A DNA stretch of 64,000 bases from Patescibacteria group bacterium (GTDB lineage: Bacteria; Patescibacteriota; WWE3; JAMCXX01), in NCBI GenBank assembly GCA_023474425.1, contig JAMCXX010000002.1:68217-132216 (forward strand), in the 5' to 3' direction. This document shows positions 29,159 to 35,085 of this stretch, one piece after another. The position numbers and the translations under genes were made by a program. The notes below the pieces were generated by a model. That model was not told the DNA's origin, made no database searches, and saw only the letters and a program-made list of their open reading frames with translations. Positions within the stretch are counted from its first letter, which is position 1. The number at the start of each line of letters is the position of its first letter.

Positions 29159-29164
29159 TATAAT
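29159..29164 (+). promoter_or_regulatory. -10-like TATAAT box upstream of the tRNA 5' fragment
   Basis: TATAAT lies 21 nt upstream of GGCGCGG (29186). No convincing -35 box. Confidence 0.35.
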
Positions 29165-29185
29165 ATCTGGTATCCTATTAGAAAC

Positions 29186-29202
29186 GGCGCGGTGGTGAAG
29201 TG
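29186..29202 (+). other. tRNA 5' fragment (acceptor 5' strand GGCGCGG plus TGGTGAAGTG) with no local 3' half
   Basis: 15 of its first 16 nt match the 5' end of the adjacent tRNA-Cys (GGCGCAGTGGTGAAGAG). It is perfectly complementary (7/7) to CCGCGCC at 29710-29716. No T-arm follows within 300 nt. Confidence 0.6.
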
Positions 29203-29232
29203 TCTCGCGGAGCGAGATCAGGCTTCGCCTGA
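29203..29232 (+). repeat. Double-hairpin module, copy A
   Basis: TCTCGC-GGA-GCGAGA followed directly by TCAGGC-TTC-GCCTGA. Lies upstream of the GIY-YIG ORF. Confidence 0.75.
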
Positions 29233-29248
29233 GAAACTACTAGAAAAG

Positions 29249-29506
29249 ATGTACTACGTCTACATACTTAAGAGTCTAAAGAACGGCGATGTTTATGTTG
29301 GTTACAGTGATGATTTAAAAAGAAGGTTTGACCAACATAATTCTGGTTCTGTTAGGTCAACACAATTTAACAGACCTTGGGATTTGCCCTATTACGAAGC
29401 ATATAAAGACAAACATGACGCAACAAAAAGGGAAAGGCAACTTAAAAATCACGCGGCTAAAAACGATTTGAAAAAACAGTTAGAATACAGTTTAGGAAAA
29501 ATTTAA
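29249..29506 (+). CDS. Small GIY-YIG nuclease-domain protein (85 aa; catalytic domain only)
   Basis: MYYVYILKSLKNGDVYVGYSDDLKRRFDQHNSG matches the GIY...YIG...R...H/N motif order. Visibly AT-rich relative to its flanks. The tracked GTG start at 29192 would read through the tRNA fragment and hairpins. Confidence 0.8.
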   Translation: MYYVYILKSLKNGDVYVGYSDDLKRRFDQHNSGSVRSTQFNRPWDLPYYEAYKDKHDATKRERQLKNHAAKNDLKKQLEYSLGKI

Positions 29507-29516
29507 TAATGAGTTT

Positions 29517-29548
29517 GGTCTCGCAGAGCGAGACCTTGCTCCGCAAGG
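29517..29548 (+). repeat. Double-hairpin module, copy B
   Basis: GGTCTCGC-AGA-GCGAGACC sharing CC with CCTTGC-TCC-GCAAGG. Starts 11 nt after the GIY-YIG stop, and its last GG is the first GG of tRNA-Cys. Confidence 0.75.
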
Positions 29549-29621
29549 CGCAGTGGTGAAGAGGTAACACGGCTGTCTGCAAAACAGCTACGCAGCGGTT
29601 CGATTCCGCTCTGCGCCTCCA
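29547..29621 (+). tRNA. tRNA-Cys (GCA), CCA encoded
   Basis: Hand fold: acceptor GGCGCAG/CTGCGCC, D arm GTG-AAGAGGTAA-CAC, anticodon arm GCTGT-CTGCAAA-ACAGC, T arm AGCGG-TTCGATT-CCGCT, discriminator U73, then CCA. Confidence 0.9.
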
Positions 29622-29629
29622 GATTTAAA

Positions 29630-29720
29630 GAGGTAGCGTGGTGACCTGTCTCGCGGAGCGAGATCTGGCCCCGCCAGACAAAACCTCGATGCGAGGGTTC
29701 GATTCCCTCCCGCGCCTCCA
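29630..29720 (+). other. tRNA-like element: degenerate 5' part, double hairpin, then intact T-arm, acceptor 3' strand and CCA
   Basis: T arm GAGGG-TTCGATT-CCCTC (29693-29709), CCGCGCC (29710-29716), T, CCA. The local 5' candidate GGTAGCG (29632-29638) has 3 mismatches. I could not draw a canonical D or anticodon arm. Confidence 0.55.
29649..29678 (+). repeat. Double-hairpin module, copy C
   Basis: TCTCGC-GGA-GCGAGA followed directly by TCTGGC-CCC-GCCAGA. Embedded in the tRNA-like element. Confidence 0.75.
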
Positions 29721-29805
29721 CATAAAGACCCTAGTGAGCTTCCGAACGAGTTTAGAATTTTATAGTGTCCCACGAAGCTTTAGCGAAGTAGGACAGATTT
29801 GATTT

Positions 29806-31500
29806 TCACTTCTTATTTCCCAAACAGGATTTAACAAAGGATATAAAGAGTGGGTGCGGGTTTAATGGACGGGATTTATATTCCGGATGAAATTGCGTGC
29901 CGACAAAAAATGGATGAACCGATTTGGGAAGCTCCAGTGCTTCCACCAATTTTCCGTCCGGAGATAAGGCACTAAAGACTAAACCCGCAGCTTCCAATTT
30001 TTGACGAAACTCATTGTTGACCTCATACCGATGCCTGTGCCTCTCTTCTATTTGGACATCCTTCTGACCTTCCGCCTTTGCCGAGGCTACGGCGGGCGGG
30101 CCTTCCAACCTATACGCCTCCTCGATGACCGATCCTCCTTTGAGGATCGCCGGCCATGAGCCGAGTCTAATTGTTCCGCCGTATTGATGAGCTTCCAGAT
30201 ATTTCTTCTGGTCAGGCATAATATGAATGACCGGATAAGGAGTTTTTGCGTCTGCTTCTTCGGAATTAGCACCGGTGAGACCACAAACATTCCGGGCGTA
30301 TTCAATAACAGCCATCTGCATACCAAAGCAAAGCCCCAGGTACGGGATTTTATTTTCCCTGGCAAACTTAATCGCCTCAATTTTCCCTTCGGTACCGCGA
30401 GAGCCCCAACCTTGGGGAATAACTACGCCATCAAATTTTAATTTGCTAACGCCCTCGGCGGTAAGTTCCGTGGAGTCCACGGGAACAACATTAACCTTTA
30501 CTTTATTAAACGAGGCGGCATGTTTTAGCGCTTCTAGAACAGAAACGTAGACATCTTTATGGCTGCTCTGGCCGTGGGTCACGTACTTCCCAACCAGGGC
30601 AATGTTTACTTCTTTTTTGGCTGTTTCCAAACCGGAAATAAAACTTTTCCACTCTTTAAAATCTGGCTCTTTTTCGGGGAGGCCGAATTTTGAAAGAATT
30701 TTTCTAGTGAGTCCGTTTTTATTAAAATTTACGGGGAGGTTATAAATTAAATCCAAATCAGGGTCGTCAAAAACGGCATCATCGTCCAAAAAACAGCGCT
30801 TGGCCAAGGTTTCACGGCGGGGTTCATCCAAGGGAACTTCGTCGCGGGTAATTAAAATGTCGGGGTTAATGCCGGCCTGACGCAAATTGGCCACGGCGTG
30901 TTGGGTGGGCTTGGTTTTAAGCTCACCCACATTTCTTAAAAACGGAACATAGGAAACCAGCACATAAAGGGCTTGCCTTTCGCGCCCCATTTCCCTAGCG
31001 GCATAAAGAAAGGGCAGATTTTCTATGTCGCCGGTGGTTCCGCCCACCTCCACCACTACAAAATCGTAACCATTTTCGCCCTCGTAAAAGCGTCTTTTAA
31101 TTTCGTTGGGGACGTCGGGAATCATCTCCACATCCCGGCCCTCATATTTAAACGAACGTTCGTTGGCAATAATGGTGCTAAAAATTTTGCCGGAAGTCAG
31201 ATTGTTTTCTTTGGAAAAGCTTTGGTTAAGAAACCGTTCGTAGTTGCCCAAATCCTGATCTATTTCGCCACCGTCGTCGGTCACAAAAACCTCGCCGTGT
31301 TCGGCCGGACGCATGGTTCCGGCATCAACGTTCAAATAGGGGTCAATTTTAAAAAGGTTAACTTTGTACCCGCAGGATTTAAGAAGAAGCCCAATGGAAG
31401 CAGTCACAATGCCTTTGCCGAGGCCGGATAAAACTCCGCCAACGACGAAAATGTATTTGGGAAATTTTTTAGAAACAGCATTCGACCGCGGCACAATCAA
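29806..31500 (-). CDS. pyrG: CTP synthase
   Basis: 564 aa with KYIFVVGGVLSGLGKG, plus GLCFGMQ and HRHRYEVN from the glutaminase domain. The start may be GTG at 31494 rather than TTG at 31500. Confidence 0.95.
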   Translation of the reverse strand: MIVPRSNAVSKKFPKYIFVVGGVLSGLGKGIVTASIGLLLKSCGYKVNLFKIDPYLNVDAGTMRPAEHGEVFVTDDGGEIDQDLGNYERFLNQSFSKENNLTSGKIFSTIIANERSFKYEGRDVEMIPDVPNEIKRRFYEGENGYDFVVVEVGGTTGDIENLPFLYAAREMGRERQALYVLVSYVPFLRNVGELKTKPTQHAVANLRQAGINPDILITRDEVPLDEPRRETLAKRCFLDDDAVFDDPDLDLIYNLPVNFNKNGLTRKILSKFGLPEKEPDFKEWKSFISGLETAKKEVNIALVGKYVTHGQSSHKDVYVSVLEALKHAASFNKVKVNVVPVDSTELTAEGVSKLKFDGVVIPQGWGSRGTEGKIEAIKFARENKIPYLGLCFGMQMAVIEYARNVCGLTGANSEEADAKTPYPVIHIMPDQKKYLEAHQYGGTIRLGSWPAILKGGSVIEEAYRLEGPPAVASAKAEGQKDVQIEERHRHRYEVNNEFRQKLEAAGLVFSALSPDGKLVEALELPKSVHPFFVGTQFHPEYKSRPLNPHPLFISFVKSCLGNKK

Positions 31501-31528
31501 TTCTTAAATAAAGGTCGCTTTTAGTCAA
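31500..31528 (-). promoter_or_regulatory. Sigma70-like promoter abutting the pyrG start
   Basis: On the minus strand, TTGACT (31528-31523), 17 nt, AAGAAT (31505-31500), then GTG at 31494 five nt downstream. Confidence 0.4.
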
Positions 31529-31652
31529 TATGGGGGTTACTTGTGAATTCTGCTTCAGATTTTCACATCCGGAAATGTTTGAGAACCCGCGGTACTATCT
31601 GGAAAAGACGTTATTCATTGTGCCAACTCGTTAAGAGAATCCGTATCAAGCT

Positions 31653-31792
31653 ACATAAACCTCGTGCGACCCGCCTGCCAAAGCTAATTTTAGAAAATTT
31701 ATCTAACCATAGGAGAAGAACAATTAACCAGGTCTAATTTGGTTTGGGGTTTGGGCATAGCGGGCAGGTCGCACTATAAAAATGTAGTTAGG
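31653..31792 (+). repeat. Conserved structured intergenic element, copy 1 (core 31664-31774)
   Basis: Aligns by eye at roughly 85-90% identity with 55745-55888. The ends CGTGCGACCCGCCTGCC and GGCATAGCGGGCAGGTCGCAC are mutually complementary. Confidence 0.7.
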
Positions 31793-31847
31793 ACTAATGT
31801 CATTCTGGCCGCAGTCCAGAATCATTTATTGGCTAATAAGATGGGGT

Positions 31848-32444
31848 TTAAAGAAATTTGAAAGTGGAGATAATGCTGTTTTCTATTTGGTTAATGTCCT
31901 CAGCCCTTGTTTGAACGAATATTTCGGCCATAAGAGCACGCTTAACACTACGAATGTTTATTAGCCAGCAATACCCAGCTTGACAATACTCTCGGTGCGC
32001 CTCAGCCGATTCTCCGTTGATAATAAGGGAATTTCTTTTGAAGACTCCAGCGGACTTCATCATTTTCGCCGTGGAAGATGTACTAAAGCTATCAACGATT
32101 TGCTTTGGGGTTAGGCCTAAATATCTGTAGACGGTGAAATCGATAAAATACAAGTTTGGGCTTGGATCCGCTATCGCAATTTGCACCACGTCCTTAGTGT
32201 TGATTTGGGCAAAATTATTAAATGTTGGGTCACTTCGCTTTTCCAGCTTCCAGGAAGAGGGATATTTAAATGTAAAACCATAGTCGTTGTTTATGTATGT
32301 TTTCCAATTCGCGGTTTCATCGGTTAGTGTAGAAGCTGACGGAGTACTAAGGGGGCTTTGAGTTGGTGTGGGCGTCGCGGCTGGAGTTTGATTGGGGACG
32401 GGAACCTCGGTTTTGGGAGTGTAGGGGCTACGAGGCCTAACCAT
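31848..32444 (-). CDS. Hypothetical protein with a Pro/Thr-rich N-terminal linker and a beta-rich domain; no signal peptide or TM found
   Basis: 198 aa with lower GC than its surroundings (about 37-43% in two hand-counted 60-nt lines). In-frame stop 4 codons upstream of the ATG. Confidence 0.5.
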   Translation of the reverse strand: MVRPRSPYTPKTEVPVPNQTPAATPTPTQSPLSTPSASTLTDETANWKTYINNDYGFTFKYPSSWKLEKRSDPTFNNFAQINTKDVVQIAIADPSPNLYFIDFTVYRYLGLTPKQIVDSFSTSSTAKMMKSAGVFKRNSLIINGESAEAHREYCQAGYCWLINIRSVKRALMAEIFVQTRAEDINQIENSIISTFKFL

Positions 32445-32500
32445 CCATGATTTTTACCTACGCTATAGCGTAAGAAAAAAGCACAATTATTTTTTACGGC

Positions 32501-32896
32501 TCAATGGCTCGAACTCGAATAACTCACCTTCTGCCTGAACACCCTATACCAACCGAAGATAACGGGTAAGACGAGAGTTAAAATGTAGTACAAATAGACA
32601 TCCAATTTATAATAGCCGTTCGTGGGCTTTAGGAGTTTGACCAGGAATAGATAATCAAAGACAACGGCAATCAAGGTCCAAGCAATCCCCAGTATTAAAT
32701 AGTATCGGATTGATACCCCTTTTATTTTCTTAAACAAAACCCAAAGGGTCACCGCGATACCAAAGGGCATAATGGCCCAGCCAAGAAGTTCTTTGGGGAC
32801 AAACACAAAGAATACAAAACCCAAAATGTAGCCAAAAAGCCAAAGTCCAATACCCCAACCCAGGGAATCTTTTAGAAACCTGGCGGCACCAACCAT
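32501..32896 (-). CDS. Hypothetical integral membrane protein (about 4 TM helices)
   Basis: 131 aa, strongly hydrophobic (GIGLWLFGYILGFVFFVFV, AIMPFGIAVTLWVLF, and others). Confidence 0.55.
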   Translation of the reverse strand: MVGAARFLKDSLGWGIGLWLFGYILGFVFFVFVPKELLGWAIMPFGIAVTLWVLFKKIKGVSIRYYLILGIAWTLIAVVFDYLFLVKLLKPTNGYYKLDVYLYYILTLVLPVIFGWYRVFRQKVSYSSSSH

Positions 32897-32903
32897 AAAT
32901 ACA

Positions 32904-33509
32904 TTATATTTTAACTCCTAAAGTCCGTAGGCGCTCCACGAACTTATTAAACCCTTCGTAAAGAAAGGTGGTGATTCCCAGATTTTTAGCGCCGGCTAGG
33001 CGTTCGGGGTTATCATCTGTAAAGACAATCTCCGATGGTTCCACCACGGATCGTCTAATTAGTTCTTTAAAAATTTTTTCGGAGGGTTTGCTCTCCCCGA
33101 CTTCGTAGGAGAAAACCGCCGCGTCAAAGTCGTCTAGAAACTTAAATTTTTCCTGTAAACCGTCAACACGCGCTCTAAAATTGTTGGAGCAAATTAAAGT
33201 TTTGTAGCCGCGGCGGCGGATGCTTTTGACAACGCCTGCCACATCGGGATCCACAGCGTAACCGGTGATTAACTTATCCGTCAGGTCATTCCAAGAACCG
33301 GCGAAACCCCATTCTTTAGCCGCCCAAGTCCAAAACTCCTCATCGGTCATTTTGCCGTTCTTGTAAAGCTTGTTCATCTGACCGCTTTTTAGGAAAACCC
33401 GCCGGGCCTCGCTGTCGGAAATTCCTAAACCAACCAGACTTTGAATAAATTTTTCCTTGCCAACGGGGAAATAAACCCCATCCAAATCAAAAGTAACGGC
33501 TTTAATCAT
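32904..33509 (-). CDS. HAD-superfamily hydrolase
   Basis: 201 aa with motif I FDLDGV at the N-terminus and a late DD motif (FTDDNPE). Confidence 0.75.
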   Translation of the reverse strand: MIKAVTFDLDGVYFPVGKEKFIQSLVGLGISDSEARRVFLKSGQMNKLYKNGKMTDEEFWTWAAKEWGFAGSWNDLTDKLITGYAVDPDVAGVVKSIRRRGYKTLICSNNFRARVDGLQEKFKFLDDFDAAVFSYEVGESKPSEKIFKELIRRSVVEPSEIVFTDDNPERLAGAKNLGITTFLYEGFNKFVERLRTLGVKI

Positions 33510-33520
33510 GACTAAATTTT

Positions 33521-33970
33521 TCAGTGGATGTTTTTAAAGAAGGTTTTGCGCTTGGGTTTGGCTAAAGATGTGTTTTCGCCGCCAGGCGATTCTTTAACCG
33601 GTTTAATTTTTTCAACCGGCAAATCAATACGATGGTCGCTTAAAGAAGTGTCGATGGGCAGGCTTTCCTCCCCGTCGTCGTAGCTTTCGTTAAGCCCTTG
33701 ACTTACCTCCGCGCCTAATTCTTCAATTTTTTTAAACCCGGAAATCAGCGGCTCGGCTTTTTCGGAAATCCGGGAAACCAAGGGTTCAACGTCATGGCGC
33801 ATTTTTTTTAAGGAGGGTTCTAAATTTCCTTTGAGCTCGTCGGCTTTTTTCTTAAGCTTCCTTCGTGAAATCTCTCCTTTTTCCGGCGCCAGCAAAACCC
33901 CCAGCACGGCGCCGCAGAGGATTCCGAGAAGAAACGGAAATATATTATTGGTCGTTTTATGTTCAGACAT
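33521..33970 (-). CDS. YtxH-like membrane-associated protein
   Basis: Start at MSEHKTT (ATG 33970). Contains LLGILCGAVLGVLLAPEKGEISRRKL (YtxH GxxxG...APxxG motif) followed by a helical region. Confidence 0.55.
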   Translation of the reverse strand: MSEHKTTNNIFPFLLGILCGAVLGVLLAPEKGEISRRKLKKKADELKGNLEPSLKKMRHDVEPLVSRISEKAEPLISGFKKIEELGAEVSQGLNESYDDGEESLPIDTSLSDHRIDLPVEKIKPVKESPGGENTSLAKPKRKTFFKNIH

Positions 33971-34085
33971 AATATAAATGTAAACCTTCCACTGATTTCC
34001 CACACAGATTAACACGAATATCCGTGACCATCCGTGGAGAGAACCTGCTTGCCGCAGGCAAGTCTGTGGTAGGCTTTCCTTTTAA

Positions 34086-34385
34086 TTAGGGCGTATCTTC
34101 CTCTTCCGTATGAGAAACCTTCTTTTTCTTTTTATCGTTGTCTTTAAGTCCCTTAATCGCCTTAAAGGCCTTAACACCCTCGGTAAAAGCGGAAATGGCC
34201 CCCGAGGCGCCCACAATGGGCGAGGCTACGGCGCTGGAAACAGCCGAAGCCGAATCCAGAATCTCGTTAATTTTAGTTACGGTGGTGCGGACTTCTTTAA
34301 GAATTAAAACAATATAGATGCCGACGAAAATTAAATTGGCCGAAAGAAGAGCAATAATAATAACCAGCAGTGTTTGCGTATCCAT
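34086..34385 (-). CDS. Small membrane protein, DUF948-like
   Basis: 99 aa with an N-terminal TM helix, a helical region and a K-rich tail. Adjacent to a YtxH-like gene, a pairing I recall from Firmicutes. Confidence 0.45.
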   Translation of the reverse strand: MDTQTLLVIIIALLSANLIFVGIYIVLILKEVRTTVTKINEILDSASAVSSAVASPIVGASGAISAFTEGVKAFKAIKGLKDNDKKKKKVSHTEEEDTP

Positions 34386-34410
34386 AAGGCAGTACCTTAA
34401 TTCTCAAGTC

Positions 34411-34453
34411 TCAATTGAAAATTGTCAACCTGTCCGCGCGGGCTGGCAGGTTG
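34411..34453 (-). terminator. Hairpin with an interrupted U-tract after the rodZ-like gene
   Basis: CAACCTG (34426-34432) pairs with CAGGTTG (34447-34453). On the minus strand it is followed by ACAATTTTCAATT. It overlaps the TTGACA (34428-34423) of a TTGACA-17-GAGAAT promoter for the DUF948-like gene. Confidence 0.4.
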
Positions 34454-34455
34454 TT

Positions 34456-35085
34456 TTATGGTCCAACGACCACATTCCTAACTACCTGGCTTTCTCGGCC
34501 GGCTTTATTGGTGGCGATAAAAGTGAGAGTGTTGGTTCCGTCTTTAAGAGCCACCGAGGTAGCAAACGAACCGTCACTGCCCACATTCACAGATTGCCCG
34601 TTAATTTTAACCTGACAGTCGGCACAGACCTTGCCGATAGCATCAATTTTTAAGGCATTAATGTGTAAATCAGCCGCCGGTGATTCCACCCTAAGATAAG
34701 GCGGTTCAAAATAAATATGAGCCTGCCAAAAAAGATAGAAAAAAAAGAGGATGAAGATAGCCAGAACGGCGCCCCAAGTAATTTTTTCCGGCGTCAGTAT
34801 AGGTAATCCAACCCCCACCGGTTTAATGTGTCCCGGAGAAATCTGACGGCTGCCAAAATCGCGGCGGAAAAAAGCCAGCATCTGGTCCACATTCAAACCC
34901 AAATAAGCGGAGTAATTTTTTAAAAAACCGGTCAAATGAATTCCCGAAGCAAAAACTCCAAAATCTCCGGACTCCAGGGCCGCAAGGTATTTAGAATGAA
35001 TCTTTAAATCTCTGGAGGCCTGCTCGAGACTAATTCCCTTTTCCTCTCGGGCATGCTTAAGAACCCGGCTGATGTTAAGCTGCAT
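34456..35085 (-). CDS. RodZ-like cytoskeleton protein (HTH, TM helix, C-terminal domain)
   Basis: Start at MQLNISRVLKHAREEKGISLEQASRDLKI (ATG 35085), followed by TM segment WGAVLAIFILFFFYLFW. The tracked extension overlaps ftsK. Confidence 0.6.
   Translation of the reverse strand: MQLNISRVLKHAREEKGISLEQASRDLKIHSKYLAALESGDFGVFASGIHLTGFLKNYSAYLGLNVDQMLAFFRRDFGSRQISPGHIKPVGVGLPILTPEKITWGAVLAIFILFFFYLFWQAHIYFEPPYLRVESPAADLHINALKIDAIGKVCADCQVKINGQSVNVGSDGSFATSVALKDGTNTLTFIATNKAGRESQVVRNVVVGP

Noticed and set aside
29218-29678. Reading the second hairpins as real anticodon arms (UUC Glu, UCC Gly, CCC Gly) of three tRNAs.
   Set aside because: The loops are 3-5 nt, or 7 nt only if two pairs are opened. 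Position 33 would be C instead of the universal U. No D-arm can be drawn, and 14 unpaired nt would precede the T-arm in copy C. Copies A and B have no T-arm at all.
29186-29720. Idea that the distant acceptor pairing plus T-arm marks a tmRNA-like (or two-piece tmRNA) gene with an internal ORF.
   Set aside because: The third acceptor pair is C-G rather than the G.U needed for alanine charging. There is no tmRNA 5' consensus, no pseudoknot-like elements I can see, and no tag-peptide-like short reading frame. The interior contains a complete tRNA-Cys.
29503-29773. Minus-strand ORFs of 72 and 61 aa across the tRNA region, and the tracked 104-aa form of the GIY-YIG ORF starting at GTG 29192.
   Set aside because: The minus-strand ORFs are reverse complements of tRNA and hairpin sequence. 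The 19-codon N-terminal extension of the GIY-YIG ORF would translate the tRNA fragment and hairpins, whereas the family-typical N-terminus MYYVYIL begins at 29249.
31543-31737. 64-aa plus-strand ORF in the pyrG upstream spacer.
   Set aside because: It has an Arg/Lys-rich composition with no motif. It runs into the repeat element, and the second element copy has no equivalent ORF.
31699-31758. A 19-codon minus-strand mini-ORF conserved in both repeat-element copies (MPKPQTKLDLVNCSSPMVR here; MPKPQIKLDLVNCFSLMVR at 55793-55852).
   Set aside because: Of the six differences, three are synonymous and three are not, which is not convincing purifying selection. There is no SD or suitably placed promoter. 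The segment's conservation is equally explained by RNA or DNA structure. Kept only as a note.
34016-34085. Hairpin CTTGCC-GCA-GGCAAG and direct repeat ATCCGTG x2 between the DUF948-like and YtxH-like genes, superficially similar to hairpin 2 of the tRNA-locus module (CCTTGC-TCC-GCAAGG).
   Set aside because: Only the CTTGC/GCAAG core is shared and there is no adjacent first hairpin. Short GC palindromes with odd centres occur in several spacers here (9303-9319, 21313-21327, 48284-48300), so the resemblance may be coincidental.
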